64,000 bases of DNA from Paraspadella gotoi. Its lineage: Eukaryota; Animalia; Chaetognatha. The number at the start of each line of letters is the position of its first letter. Position 1 is the first letter of the stretch. Positions 52,132 through 62,784 of this stretch are shown piece by piece. Where the stretch lies: assembly GCA_051294375.1 (NCBI GenBank), contig CM119267.1:20461476-20525475 (forward strand). The letters run 5' to 3'. A program made the translations under genes and the position numbers. The notes beneath the pieces are model-generated. The model worked only from the letters and a program-made list of their open reading frames with translations, was not told where the DNA came from and made no database searches.

Positions 52132-55100
52132 CTAGGCCGGAACGTTGGCCATCCGAAAGATGATCTCTTCGAAGACTCGGATGCCCTCGAGAAAAACGCT
52201 CTCATCGATGTACTCGTTGTGATCGTGAAGCAAGATCGGAGTTTGCGGCATGTAAGAAAAACCAAGAGCGGAATATCCCTTAGCTCTGTGGGGCATGGCA
52301 ATATGTAAGAGATGATTATTTAATATGATCTTAAATGAGATTGAATTGATCAATCTCATTTGCATATTGCAGTATTGAATCTAAATGTGTCTAATTTCAT
52401 TTTGGATTTTGGTATTAGTTCTGTTTCATGGTTTTCTAGTAGCTAAATATAGTCTTTAGCAATGTTAATGATTAACATGAGTCATAGTGATATTTTAACT
52501 AATTAATTAATAATAATACTTTAACATTTTATTACTTAAAGATTTGACTTGCTCATATTTAGTGATTCCTTTATTTGTTCAGAAGTTAAACCATTATTCA
52601 GCTTTGGTTTTGGGGACGCACTCTCTTGTTAGAGTAGCGGTAGCCGACCAAATCAAATTTTAATGGAAAGCATTTAACTAATCCATTATTGTAGTGTAAT
52701 TATTGTGTTAAATATCATCTTTTTTACAAAAATGTTCCGAACCATGAGTAAATTTGCTAATTAATATTATTATATTGGCTATATAATAGTCAAAAAAATT
52801 TTTTGGGATATTTTAAGTTTTTTTAAATTGATTCTGAATAGAGCTTAAAAAGCTTAAGCAAAAAATATAATTACAACTTTTTAATAAATTTTGATGTTTT
52901 ATTATAAAAATTAGTGAAAACTGCTAAAAACCATTGGAATGATGATGATGATGAGATTTTTTAAGGTTTTTCTCAAATTTAAACCCACTTATCATCAAAT
53001 ACTTTGAAAAAGAATTATGACTTTGTGTAGATAACTTTTCATAAGCTATTTTGAATCTGCTTTTAAAAAAAAAAATTCAAAAAAAATTTTGACATTTCCT
53101 ATCTATAAATAAATATTAAAAAATTTAATTACTAATTGCTTCTTGCCATTTATAGAAAATTTTTGCTCCATTGAAAGTTTTCTCAGAAAGTATGAAGTTT
53201 CATTTGGAAAGGGTTCGCCAAATCAAACTGTCTGACACCACACCCATTGACGAAGTTTGTGGCTTCTAGTTAGAGTCCATTTCTCCTTATCAGAGCTCAA
53301 TCAGCATAAGATTAACATCTTAACAGTTAATCACTAGTAGTGCTAATTGTGTTTCAATAAGGTCTAAGCACAATATAATAGAGATAAATAAATAGTGTAT
53401 AATTTGTTTCCATTTCTCTACTTCAGGCAAAGCTAACTAGCTATACACATTAAAGACAGTTTACATAGTAAGCGAGCATTCTTCACCGATGCCAAGTCAA
53501 GTCAACATATCATCAAGTAAGATATTAATGAACACTGAACCTTTAGTATCTAGTAATATGCCTATCTTATCACAAGGCAAACATACCCTCATATATCTGG
53601 CAACAAGACCTCCCCTTATAAATATAAAGAATCGATGAAGGGACAATCCAAAAAAAAATTTTAAAAATATATTTCGTACCTGAGATGACGCGAATCTGTA
53701 CCGGCGGGAAATATTTCGGGTCGAAATTTGATTTCCTTTGCTCTCAAGGCGTCGGTGAAGGCGTTCCACCATTTAGATTCGGGGGTGATGTCTGTCATTG
53801 TCTTGAGTCAAGGCAAAATAACATTTGAAGTGATAAACCTTTAGTCAAAATAACTACTGTAGCTAATCAACCTGATCCGTGCCTTTTTGCCAAAAATCCA
53901 CCGTAATTCCTTAATTTAAATCGATAAAAAAAATTCAGTAATACGAGCGAGTTCACACTAACATACACGAGAGCAATACCTTCTCCAGCATCTCGAATCC
54001 ACGAGTTCATTCGCTCCTCGAAATTAGCCAACTTTTCTTGCGGCGTCACCCGAATGTCGAAGGAAGCGATTAACTCGTCCGGGACGACATTGTATTGCAC
54101 ACCGCCTGTGCATAAATATATATAATATATACGATGTTTATGTTTTATGAATTAAATTTTAAACCATGCGTACCTTTAACCATGGTCAAATTAATCGTGG
54201 TAACGTCTCCTAACCGCAGATTAGGATCATTCTTCAATTTGGCCTCTTGCTCGTCGCGATAAGTCAGGAAAGAGTTTACGACTCTTCGAAATTTCTCTGT
54301 CGTTAGGATAAGTTCATGAATGCAAACAAAAGGTTGAGCGATAAAACTGGCTTGAATTTGATACTGACCGGCGGCTGTGTTTGTCACGAAGCGTGAACCG
54401 TGCCCCGGATCTCCTGGGCAGTGAACGTCAAACTCCCAAATATTACGCTCGGCGTAATAGACCGGGACGATGGGATTATCTTCCCCTGACACCAAATCAA
54501 CGCCACCAATTGGAGTTATATATATTAATCATGATTACTTTGAATTTAGTAAAACTTACCAGAGGCGAGGCCTTCGTCCAACACGAATCCGACGTTGAAA
54601 GGTTTGAGATCGTCTTTTTCGAGCATCGCTCTCATCCCTGCATCACATCTCTCATTTTATCCTCGGGAATCAAGAGACTCGCAGAATTCAAGTGACTCGC
54701 CTCTGTGACCTCCGACCTCTTCGTCGGGAACGAAGGACATGTGAATGGTTCGAAGAGGCGTCTTTCCGGCGGCCTTTAGTCGACGAATAGTTTCGAGATG
54801 TTGCATGCCCACACATTTCATGTCCTAATAAATTTCGCTTTACTGAGTTTCACAATAAACATTCAGCGGTGCTAATTTTTCGCAAACCTGCGAGCCTCTT
54901 CCGTAAATTTTTCCGTCTTCTGTTTTGTGAGCGCTAAAGGGTTCATGAGTCCAGTGTTCGGGAAAAACTGAAAATGTGGATTTATTAATAGAGAAAGAAA
55001 TATTACGAAACAACAAATTAAGAGCACGATACCTGGGACAACATCCATGTGAGAATTTAAGAGCAAAGAAGGCAATTCTGGTTGGCTTCCGTTCCAAGTC

Positions 55101-55348
55101 ATGATGACGACTGGATCACCAACTAACAAACGAGATGTAACATTTCATCTTTTAAATCTGTGTACATTCTTCAAATGCACAACCATTTAGTATTTAATCC
55201 CACCCGGATTAAAGATGGTGCAATCGAGGCCTATCTCAGCAGCCTGCCTCTTCAAAAACGCGACCGCGGAGGTGTATTCCGGGTTAGGATGCATCGTGTT
55301 GCACCTGAGATACTCGCGAAATCTCGAGACAGCCGGATCTTCGGCCAT
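52132..55348 (-). CDS. ACY1: Aminoacylase-1 (M20 family)
   Basis: Motifs [76 protein letters not shown] and [10 protein letters not shown]. Confidence 0.96.
52301..53596. mobile_element. Interspersed repeat, copy 2, in the last ACY1 intron, with a nested ~630-bp insertion
   Basis: Colinear with 43694-44219 but interrupted at 52636-53268 by an AT-rich insert flanked by duplicated GTTAGAGT (52628-52635, 53269-53276). Confidence 0.8.
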
Positions 55349-55741
55349 GGTTCTGCGAAAGAACGGATAACCATTAACACAGGTTCCATCTTTTGTCAAA
55401 CAGAGGTTTATTGCTATGTACTACTATATATTGTATAGTAGAATTTATCACCTGGCTCTTAAGTGAATGGAGAATAGACGTTATAACTGGGAATAATAAA
55501 ATGAGTAAAATAACTCGATTAAAACTCAATCAGCACGACGAAAAATTTCCGAAAAAGGTTTGGAGATCGACGATCGACAGTTTTTGAGAAATTTTAACAA
55601 TAAAAGAGCGCAATAAATCAGTGGCAGTGAGGTTGAAGAATAATCTCGATGACAAGGCGGCTTCTAAATATAGCATTTATTCATTTATGAATGAACTTAA
55701 AAAAAGAAAAAAATTAACACAATATATTATTTTGCAAAATC

Positions 55742-56692
55742 TTACTTTCGCCGACCGGGGCTTTGGCGTCTTTTGAAAAACTACTTAAAAATATTTATTT
55801 AATTTTTTTTTTAATTATTACTTAATTACGGCTAAATTTTACTTTCTACTTTACTTTTAAAAAAAAATTTAAAAAAATATTACTTAATTACCCTAACCCT
55901 AAACCCTCTTAACCCTAACCACCCATAACCCTAAACCACCCATAACCCTAACCCCAGTCGGCGAAAGTAAAAGTAACCCCTAATTACCTTAACCCTAATC
56001 AGTAATCACTAAAGCGTAATAAAAATTTTAAATTTAACTTGAATTAAAATTCTAAAACTGAGGAACGAACAACATTATACTAATGAACATTTATGTATAA
56101 AAAAAATTTATAACATATTTTCCAATTTACGCAGTAGGCCATATTTATACTAGTACTAATCCAATAAATGTTAAAATTTCAAAATATTTTTTTGTAAGAT
56201 TTTTTTGAAGATTTGGATTCGTCATGACAAGTTGATATAAAGAAATATAACTTTTTTAAAAATTATTTCATGAAGTTGATCAAATATAAAAAAACCTATA
56301 TTTTAAGCTGAAAATTAAAAAAACCTATATTTAATATATAAAAATTTAATTTTTAACTCACTTAATGAAAGAATTTTTTAAAATGATTTATATTTTCTTT
56401 TATCAACTTTTGACGAAGAATTTAAATTTGCAATCAAAATTAAGAGAAGCCCATTTTGAAATTTTTCGATTTTATAAGGATAGTACTATATATAAATATA
56501 GCGAAAATTGAAGAATATAAAATTAATTTTTTTAACAAATTAATGTTCACTGATGTTAAGTGGTTCATAATTAAGATTTAGAATTTTCGTATGTAACTTT
56601 TACTATGCTCTAGTAATCACCCCTAACTCTAAACTACCTTAAATCATTCTTAACCCTAACCCCTAACTCCTAAATCCTAACCCCGGTTGGCT
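55742..56692. mobile_element. Degenerate CCCTAA-containing inverted-repeat element
   Basis: IR TTACTTTCGCCGACCGGGG (55742) / CCCCAGTCGGCGAAAGTAA (ends 55970) matches at 18/19. Degenerate CCCTAA runs lie on both sides of a nested hAT MITE. Confidence 0.65.
56010..56612. mobile_element. hAT-type MITE, copy 2
   Basis: Homologous to 5895-6507, with an 8-bp TSD GTAATCAC (56002-56009, 56613-56620). Confidence 0.9.
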
Positions 56693-57518
56693 ATGGCTAT
56701 CTAAAATACACATTTAAGAATAATCTTGTAGTAATCCACATATACAATAAAACAATACCAAAACCATTTTAATTTTCAAAATAAAAATAACTATAGGGAG
56801 CTTACACCGTAAAAAAATTCATTTTGTAAAGTAAAAAAAAAGTACGGAAAAATCAAGTCAAAAAACATTGCCCAAGTGCTTTTCAAATCAATTTTAAGCC
56901 CCTCAAGCTTCTTAATCGAGAGGTAAAAATCAAGTTCCAATAGAAACCAGACCCCTAAACAAAATCTCGTGCTGAGTTTACGATTTGTAATATTGCCTTA
57001 ATTTGGCGTCAAACATCGGCATAAAAACGATTGGCTAAAATCTTTCGAGTAATAGGGGTCCACTTGAAATTAAAGATAAGGGTAAAAAAAAATAATAAAA
57101 AAATATTACTTCCGCAAAGAGGAAAAGAGGAAAGAGCTTGCTTCCCACAACACACCCTTGAAGTTGAAGGCGCTTCCAATTATTTTTAATTAAGAATATC
57201 TTATTTTTTTATATTTGAATTATGATAATTAAGTCCCATAAATTTTTAAAATCACATTTTAATTCAGCATTTTGCCATGTCGATTAAAAAATATATAATA
57301 GGATAAATTTATTGATAATAAATATTTTGTATGAAATTTCTGTTTTCAAATTTAAATAAGGGAGGATGGGCTATCTTGTTCTTGACTTTGTTAGGTTCTT
57401 TTACTTATGATCAATAAGCAATTATGATTGATAAAATATGCGGCAAGATGAATTTTCTGCGCTCTTTCATCTTCATAGTCCCATCCTACACTCGTATCAC
57501 CAATAAATTACAATAGCT

Positions 57519-58949
57519 TCACAACAAAGGTAAATTGTCTAATATTCTCTTTCCCTCCCTGACTCCGGAGTCGAAGGCACCGTGTAAGCAACTGAACCAG
57601 CGTTGATGAGTGGCCTCACCGGCGAAAAGCAGCCTCGGCGCGCCCCCTTTCCCGATCACCGGATTCCCTAACTCGACGGGGTCTACATCTCGCGCGCCTC
57701 TAGCGGCAACGTAACTGTAGGAGCCCTTCGTAAACTCATTGTGGTACCATCTCGTGCGCAGAAGGCGTTTGGGCGAAGAGATCCAGCTCAGCGGCATTTT
57801 TAAAAAACTGGCAAAGGCCTCGGCGAGATCTTTCAGAAGAGCTTCGTCCGACAATCCGTGGACGTGGAGAGCCTCTGGTCCGACGACCCAGATTAAGAGA
57901 ACGTCGACGTTGACAAAGTCGAACCCGAAAAGCCCGCGCGTCCAGGTGCGCTGAAGGTCATCGAAATCCGCGTCCCGTTTCCATCCGAAACGGACGGCGC
58001 GTGCGTCGCCGATTCGTTCTTCCAACTCTTTTAATTGATCGACGCTCAATTCGAGGAGAATCTTCTCCGCGACGCCGAATCCGATTCGCTCGATGGCTTC
58101 CTTCTTGTCCGATGGGAGATCGGGATCGAACTTGATGGCGCCGGCCTTCAAACACCCGAGAGACGCCGTCACGACGACGACGTCGGCGGAAATCTCGGCG
58201 CCATCGGCGAGGACGATCTTTACTGGAGGATCAGACTCGCCGTGAGTGATTGATTCGACTTTGGCACCCAAAAGGAGCTTCGCCCCGGAACCTTCGACGA
58301 GGTAATCGACTATGCGCGACAAACCGTCCTTGAAAGGGACGTCTCCACCTTTGCACTCGTCGTACATGCCGTAAAGGGACAACGAGATATCGCCAAGTCG
58401 GTCGGAACCCCAGGACAATCTCTCGACAAGATTGATTTGACGACAAAGACTTTTCAAGATTTCCCGTTCTTTCTCGTCGCCCGCGGTTTCGAAAAGGAAG
58501 CGCGTTTGGCGATTAGAGACGAACTTCTCGAGGTCGTCGTCAAACTCGGCCGGCGTCTCAATTCCCTTCTGGTAAAAGGCGAAGCACTCCACCTCCAGCT
58601 TTTTCCAAACAGACTTTGCCCGCGCCACAACCTCCCGAGGCACCGGTTCTCCATCCTCCGAAAAGAAAAGAACCCCACTCCCGAAGCTTTCTCCCTCGTG
58701 AAAAATGCCGTGGTTGAGGCAAAAAGCGTGGAGAGGGTTGCCGGCCAGGCCATGGAACCAATTGGCTCCAAGCTCAACTTTGCCAGAGGACGAACCGGCA
58801 TGGACGGAATGGATGCGGCCGCCTACGCGACTCTGTCCTTCTAAGATAACCACGTCAACTTCCGCGTTCTTGAGCGTCCACGCGACGGCGCTTCCGGCGA
58901 TTCCGGCGCCGACAATGACCACTTTTGGCCGGGAAGTCCGTGGTTTCAT
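57519..58949 (-). CDS. Intronless flavin amine oxidase (spermine/polyamine oxidase family), about 476 aa
   Basis: FAD motif VVIVGAGIAG, RVGGRI, ELGANWFHG, VVVTASLGCLK, TRWYHNEFTKGSYSY and FAGEATH...HGAFDSGVRE. ATG at 58949. Confidence 0.93.
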   Translation of the reverse strand: MKPRTSRPKVVIVGAGIAGSAVAWTLKNAEVDVVILEGQSRVGGRIHSVHAGSSSGKVELGANWFHGLAGNPLHAFCLNHGIFHEGESFGSGVLFFSEDGEPVPREVVARAKSVWKKLEVECFAFYQKGIETPAEFDDDLEKFVSNRQTRFLFETAGDEKEREILKSLCRQINLVERLSWGSDRLGDISLSLYGMYDECKGGDVPFKDGLSRIVDYLVEGSGAKLLLGAKVESITHGESDPPVKIVLADGAEISADVVVVTASLGCLKAGAIKFDPDLPSDKKEAIERIGFGVAEKILLELSVDQLKELEERIGDARAVRFGWKRDADFDDLQRTWTRGLFGFDFVNVDVLLIWVVGPEALHVHGLSDEALLKDLAEAFASFLKMPLSWISSPKRLLRTRWYHNEFTKGSYSYVAARGARDVDPVELGNPVIGKGGAPRLLFAGEATHQRWFSCLHGAFDSGVREGKRILDNLPLL

Positions 58950-59735
58950 TTGAAGGAGACGGCTCAAATAAAAACGGATAAAATCATGAAAATAGAAAAA
59001 AGACAAATACTGCGTTCTTAGGAGTCTGGATTAAAAACCTGTTTTCTAAACCGGTTTAATTTAAACTTTAAAAACTCTTCATAATGTAGAAGAAACTCTT
59101 ATGACTGAATTTACGTAATTTTTGCTTTGTTCCCGAAGTTATTATTGAAAAAAAGCGCCTAATTTTAAATAAGATTTAAAATAAATTTTAATTTTAATAT
59201 GTATTGAAAACTTTGTAATTTCTGACAAAAAATTAGATTCATAAAGACAGACAATTTTTTGAGGCAGTTTAAATAAAGATATTTAAAAAAAAATTGAAAC
59301 AGTACTTGAACAAGCGACAAATTTCTAAATTACACCAGTGCATGGGATAATAAATTAATTTTTTAATGTTAGAACTTAAAATTGATGACCCTAAGGCTAA
59401 ACCGTTAATAACTACATATAATATAACTGATTTTATCAAAAAAAAAGTCTTGAAAAAATTTCATTTTAATCCGACGGGCTCGATCGAAACGTCAAACACG
59501 AAGTACACGAGAATTCTGAAACGAAAAAAAAATAATGTCATTAATTTCGTTTTTATATTTTAAAATTGCAAATAAAACAATTGAGAAAGTTATAATCAAT
59601 AAATAAAAATATTTAAATGCGAGACTGGAAAAACAAATAATAAAAAATTTGAAGCGAAAAGGAGAAAAAAGAGTTTTGCGTGAGTATCAAACGTATCGAG
59701 AAAAAAGGTTTGCTGCAGGCACGCAAAATAGCTCT

Positions 59736-60422
59736 TCAGGGCAAATGCGGAAATTTAACTTTGAAATCGGTCCCCTCGATTTCGATGTATTCGAAAGTCC
59801 ACTTGCGCCGTATTCGACAATCATTGCCACATTTCTCAGAGCCGCAACGAGGGCAGGGAAAGTGGCAACCGGGGCAACTCGCCTAGAAAATTTAAAAAGC
59901 TAGTAGCGACCCACTTTTCATTTTAAATATCTTTTAACAATCTAGTTGACCTCGAGACAGTCGCAAAGATCGAAGCCCTTGTATTGATTTAAGCCTCCGT
60001 CGGCGTCGTAGGCGGTCAAAGTGCGAGAGGCAACGTTGTAGTTGACACGGCCGCGGTTAGCCTAGAAATGGGCGAAGTTGTTTCATTGGCGGAGTTAGGG
60101 CCATTATAAATTACAGGATTTCAGTAGAAATGCCAAGGGTATCAAAATCATGAGATGATAATCCCCATGATGACCATAGGGAAAGAGAAACGAAAAGGAA
60201 AGGTTTTAGTCAAATTAAATAGACCGTAAAACCACCAACCGACTTTCTTTTGACGACCAAAGGAGATTCCTCGTTGGAGTCGTCGTCGTCTTCATCTTCA
60301 GATCGGCGCAAACGCAGCAACCGCGTCCCCGGGGGTTTAAATGGTTTCGACAAGAGATCTCGCCGAGATGCGACCGAAGCTGTCTTGACCGTGTGGGCGA
60401 GACTGGCGATCTTGCTGCGCAT
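59736..60422 (-). CDS. ARL14EP: ARL14 effector protein family (start uncertain)
   Basis: Spliced C-terminus DLCDCLE|[37 protein letters not shown] matches the Cys-rich ARF7EP domain. These exons are too short for the ORF track. Confidence 0.85.
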
Positions 60423-60881
60423 CTATGGGCAGAGGGGCCCCTAAGGTGACGCAGTAGTGAAAAAATAAAGTGAGACCCGAATCGCACCTTTGATTCTCCT
60501 GTGGCCGTGTCGCCGAATTCCGGAAAAATCTCGATGACGCGGGTGAAACATCCGGCAACGCCGTGATCCGCGTACCATTGATAGACTTTATTGGTGATTA
60601 AGTCTTTAGTTTCTCGTCAAAAATCTATCAGGGTGAGTGATCACTCAAATTCAAAGAACACACCTGTCTCATTTAGTAAATTTTGATGACTTGCGTCTAA
60701 ACTCATGCTGCTTGCGGATCTGTTTTCAGTCTTTTCTAGAAAGTACAAGGCATTATAAGAGAACTAGTTTTTTTGAAGTTTGGCGTCACATGATAAGTCA
60801 CATGAAGAGTATCTGTATAAGGTATAAGAAAAATCATCAACAAGTTCGTATAAAACAAAAACAAATGATTTACTCAACACT

Positions 60882-62487
60882 TCAATCTCTCTTTCGCCGC
60901 AAGCGCGGCTTTCCCCCTTGGATCTCCACTTCCAGGCCCATCTCCTCCAGAACTCCTCCGTCGCCTTCACGGCCGCCGACGCCTTCGAGCTGCAGCCCAG
61001 CCACGACCTCTTGGTTCTCGACGTTGTCCTCGCAGAGGTTCCTCAACGCAAAAACGGCCCACTGACGGACGAAGGGGCTCCTCTCGTCAATGTCAAAGCT
61101 GTCGAGGACGGCGGGGACTCCGTCGAGCTCGCGAACGAGATCCTGGTTCCGTCGATGCTTCCAGCAAAGGTTTCCCAGGAGGCGGACAACGTCTCGGTGG
61201 AAATGGCTTTCCGTCGAGTCCGGATTGGCCGGAGGCGCCGAACCTCGATTAATCGCGAGTCGTTTGACGCTAGTCAACTGCCTGAGGATTGTGGTCACTC
61301 CCATCGCGAGTTTGCTAGATTCCTGGAGGATGGGCAATCGCGTCACCGATGAAGACGCCACGCAAAGGACGTCAAGCAGTTGGACAAAGTCGAGAGAAGG
61401 ACGCGGAGTGCAGCCGGATGAGAACAAATTCGCGGCTTCTTCGTTAAATAGTCGAACGAGGATGCGAAGATTTTCCGATGTCACTCCCACAACCTCCACC
61501 GCTTTTTCCGAAGTCTCGAGCCGCAGGTCGTTGGCTAAAACCTCCGAGCCCAAAGTTCTTTCGCGCTCCTCCATCTGGTAAAAGTACCTCTCGGCGAATC
61601 CATCGACGGACCACAATTTCCGCAGGGCGAACACCACCCACTCGCTCTCTTTCTGCGCAAAGACGTCAGCCGAACGTTTTATGAATCTCGACATCAGAGC
61701 GGCGTCGTCCATGAGCGTGCGCGACGCCGACTCGTCACAGCCGCTGAGACAAGTTGACAGCAACATGCAGCAGTAACTGCCGCATTTCCAGTCGTCGACC
61801 TCGAGCAAGGCTTCGAGGTTGCGGCGGCAAACTGGCTCGGCGAGGAACAGGCTCTGGTTGACAGTGTTGTCTACAGTCATGTTAGCCAGAGATTGGATGA
61901 GACAGCGGTGGGTCACGAGAAGAGATTCCGGCAGAGGAGTCGGTGATGGAAGACTCAGAAAGCGAGACACTGCGGGAGGTCGAGGGAGAAAAGTGGTTGC
62001 GACAAAGATTCAAAAAAAGCCGAAACACAGCTAAAAGGAATAGACTAGTACCTAGCTGCTGCAAAAAAGCATTGTTCCCTTTCTTTGTCGTCAGCTCATG
62101 ATTCTGCCCAGTGCCCGAAAATAACTCGCGGAAATGACGTTGCGTTTCGGGCAACGTTCGGCAGCAATTCCGGATGCAACGGAAGCAGTCCGTGAGAGAC
62201 ACGACGATTTCGCCGTCGAGGCTGACAAAGGAACGGAGGAGAAATAGGTTTTACTTCCCTTACCGACACCCCATACGTTGTACACACCTTCCACCCTCCA
62301 TGACGTCGAGAAGAGCATCCAAAGTGTCGGATATGGTCGCGACAAAGGTCGACGCCAACGACGATCTCGCGTCGACGATTAGACTGGCGCCCGACAACTC
62401 GGACAAAAGAAGCGCGATTTTAGAGGAGTCTTCTTTAAGGCGGAAGCGAAGATCGCCGATGTCGACGAGAAGTTTTTCCATCGACAT
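60882..62487 (-). CDS. ATXN10: Ataxin-10
   Basis: Motifs CFRCIRNCC and VRLLGNLCWKHRRNQDLVRELDGVPAVLD...IDERSPFVRQWAVFALRNLCEDNVENQ. Confidence 0.93.
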
Positions 62488-62784
62488 TGTTTCTTTTTTG
62501 AGGTACGTAATAATTAGGAATTTAAAGAATAAGGAATAACAGATTTTTAGTGTGTAACAAACATTTTTATTATTATAATAATAAAAAATAAAAATTCGTC
62601 GTCACACACTAAAAATCTTTTATTCCTTAAACTTAAATACAACGAAAAGAAAGAATCATAACAATGAATTTAAAAGAAATAAGAAAGCGCTCACCAATAA
62701 CAAAAACAGCAATAAATTATTCCAGACCAGCTGGAAAGTGATAAAATTTGCTAGTTTATGATAACCAATACCCATAGCAGAATT

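Noticed and set aside
7142-62539. Numerous plus-strand ORFs of 60-165 aa
   Set aside because: They are antisense shadows of GC-rich minus-strand exons or lie in AT-rich repeats. None has a recognisable domain except the TIGAR duplicate.
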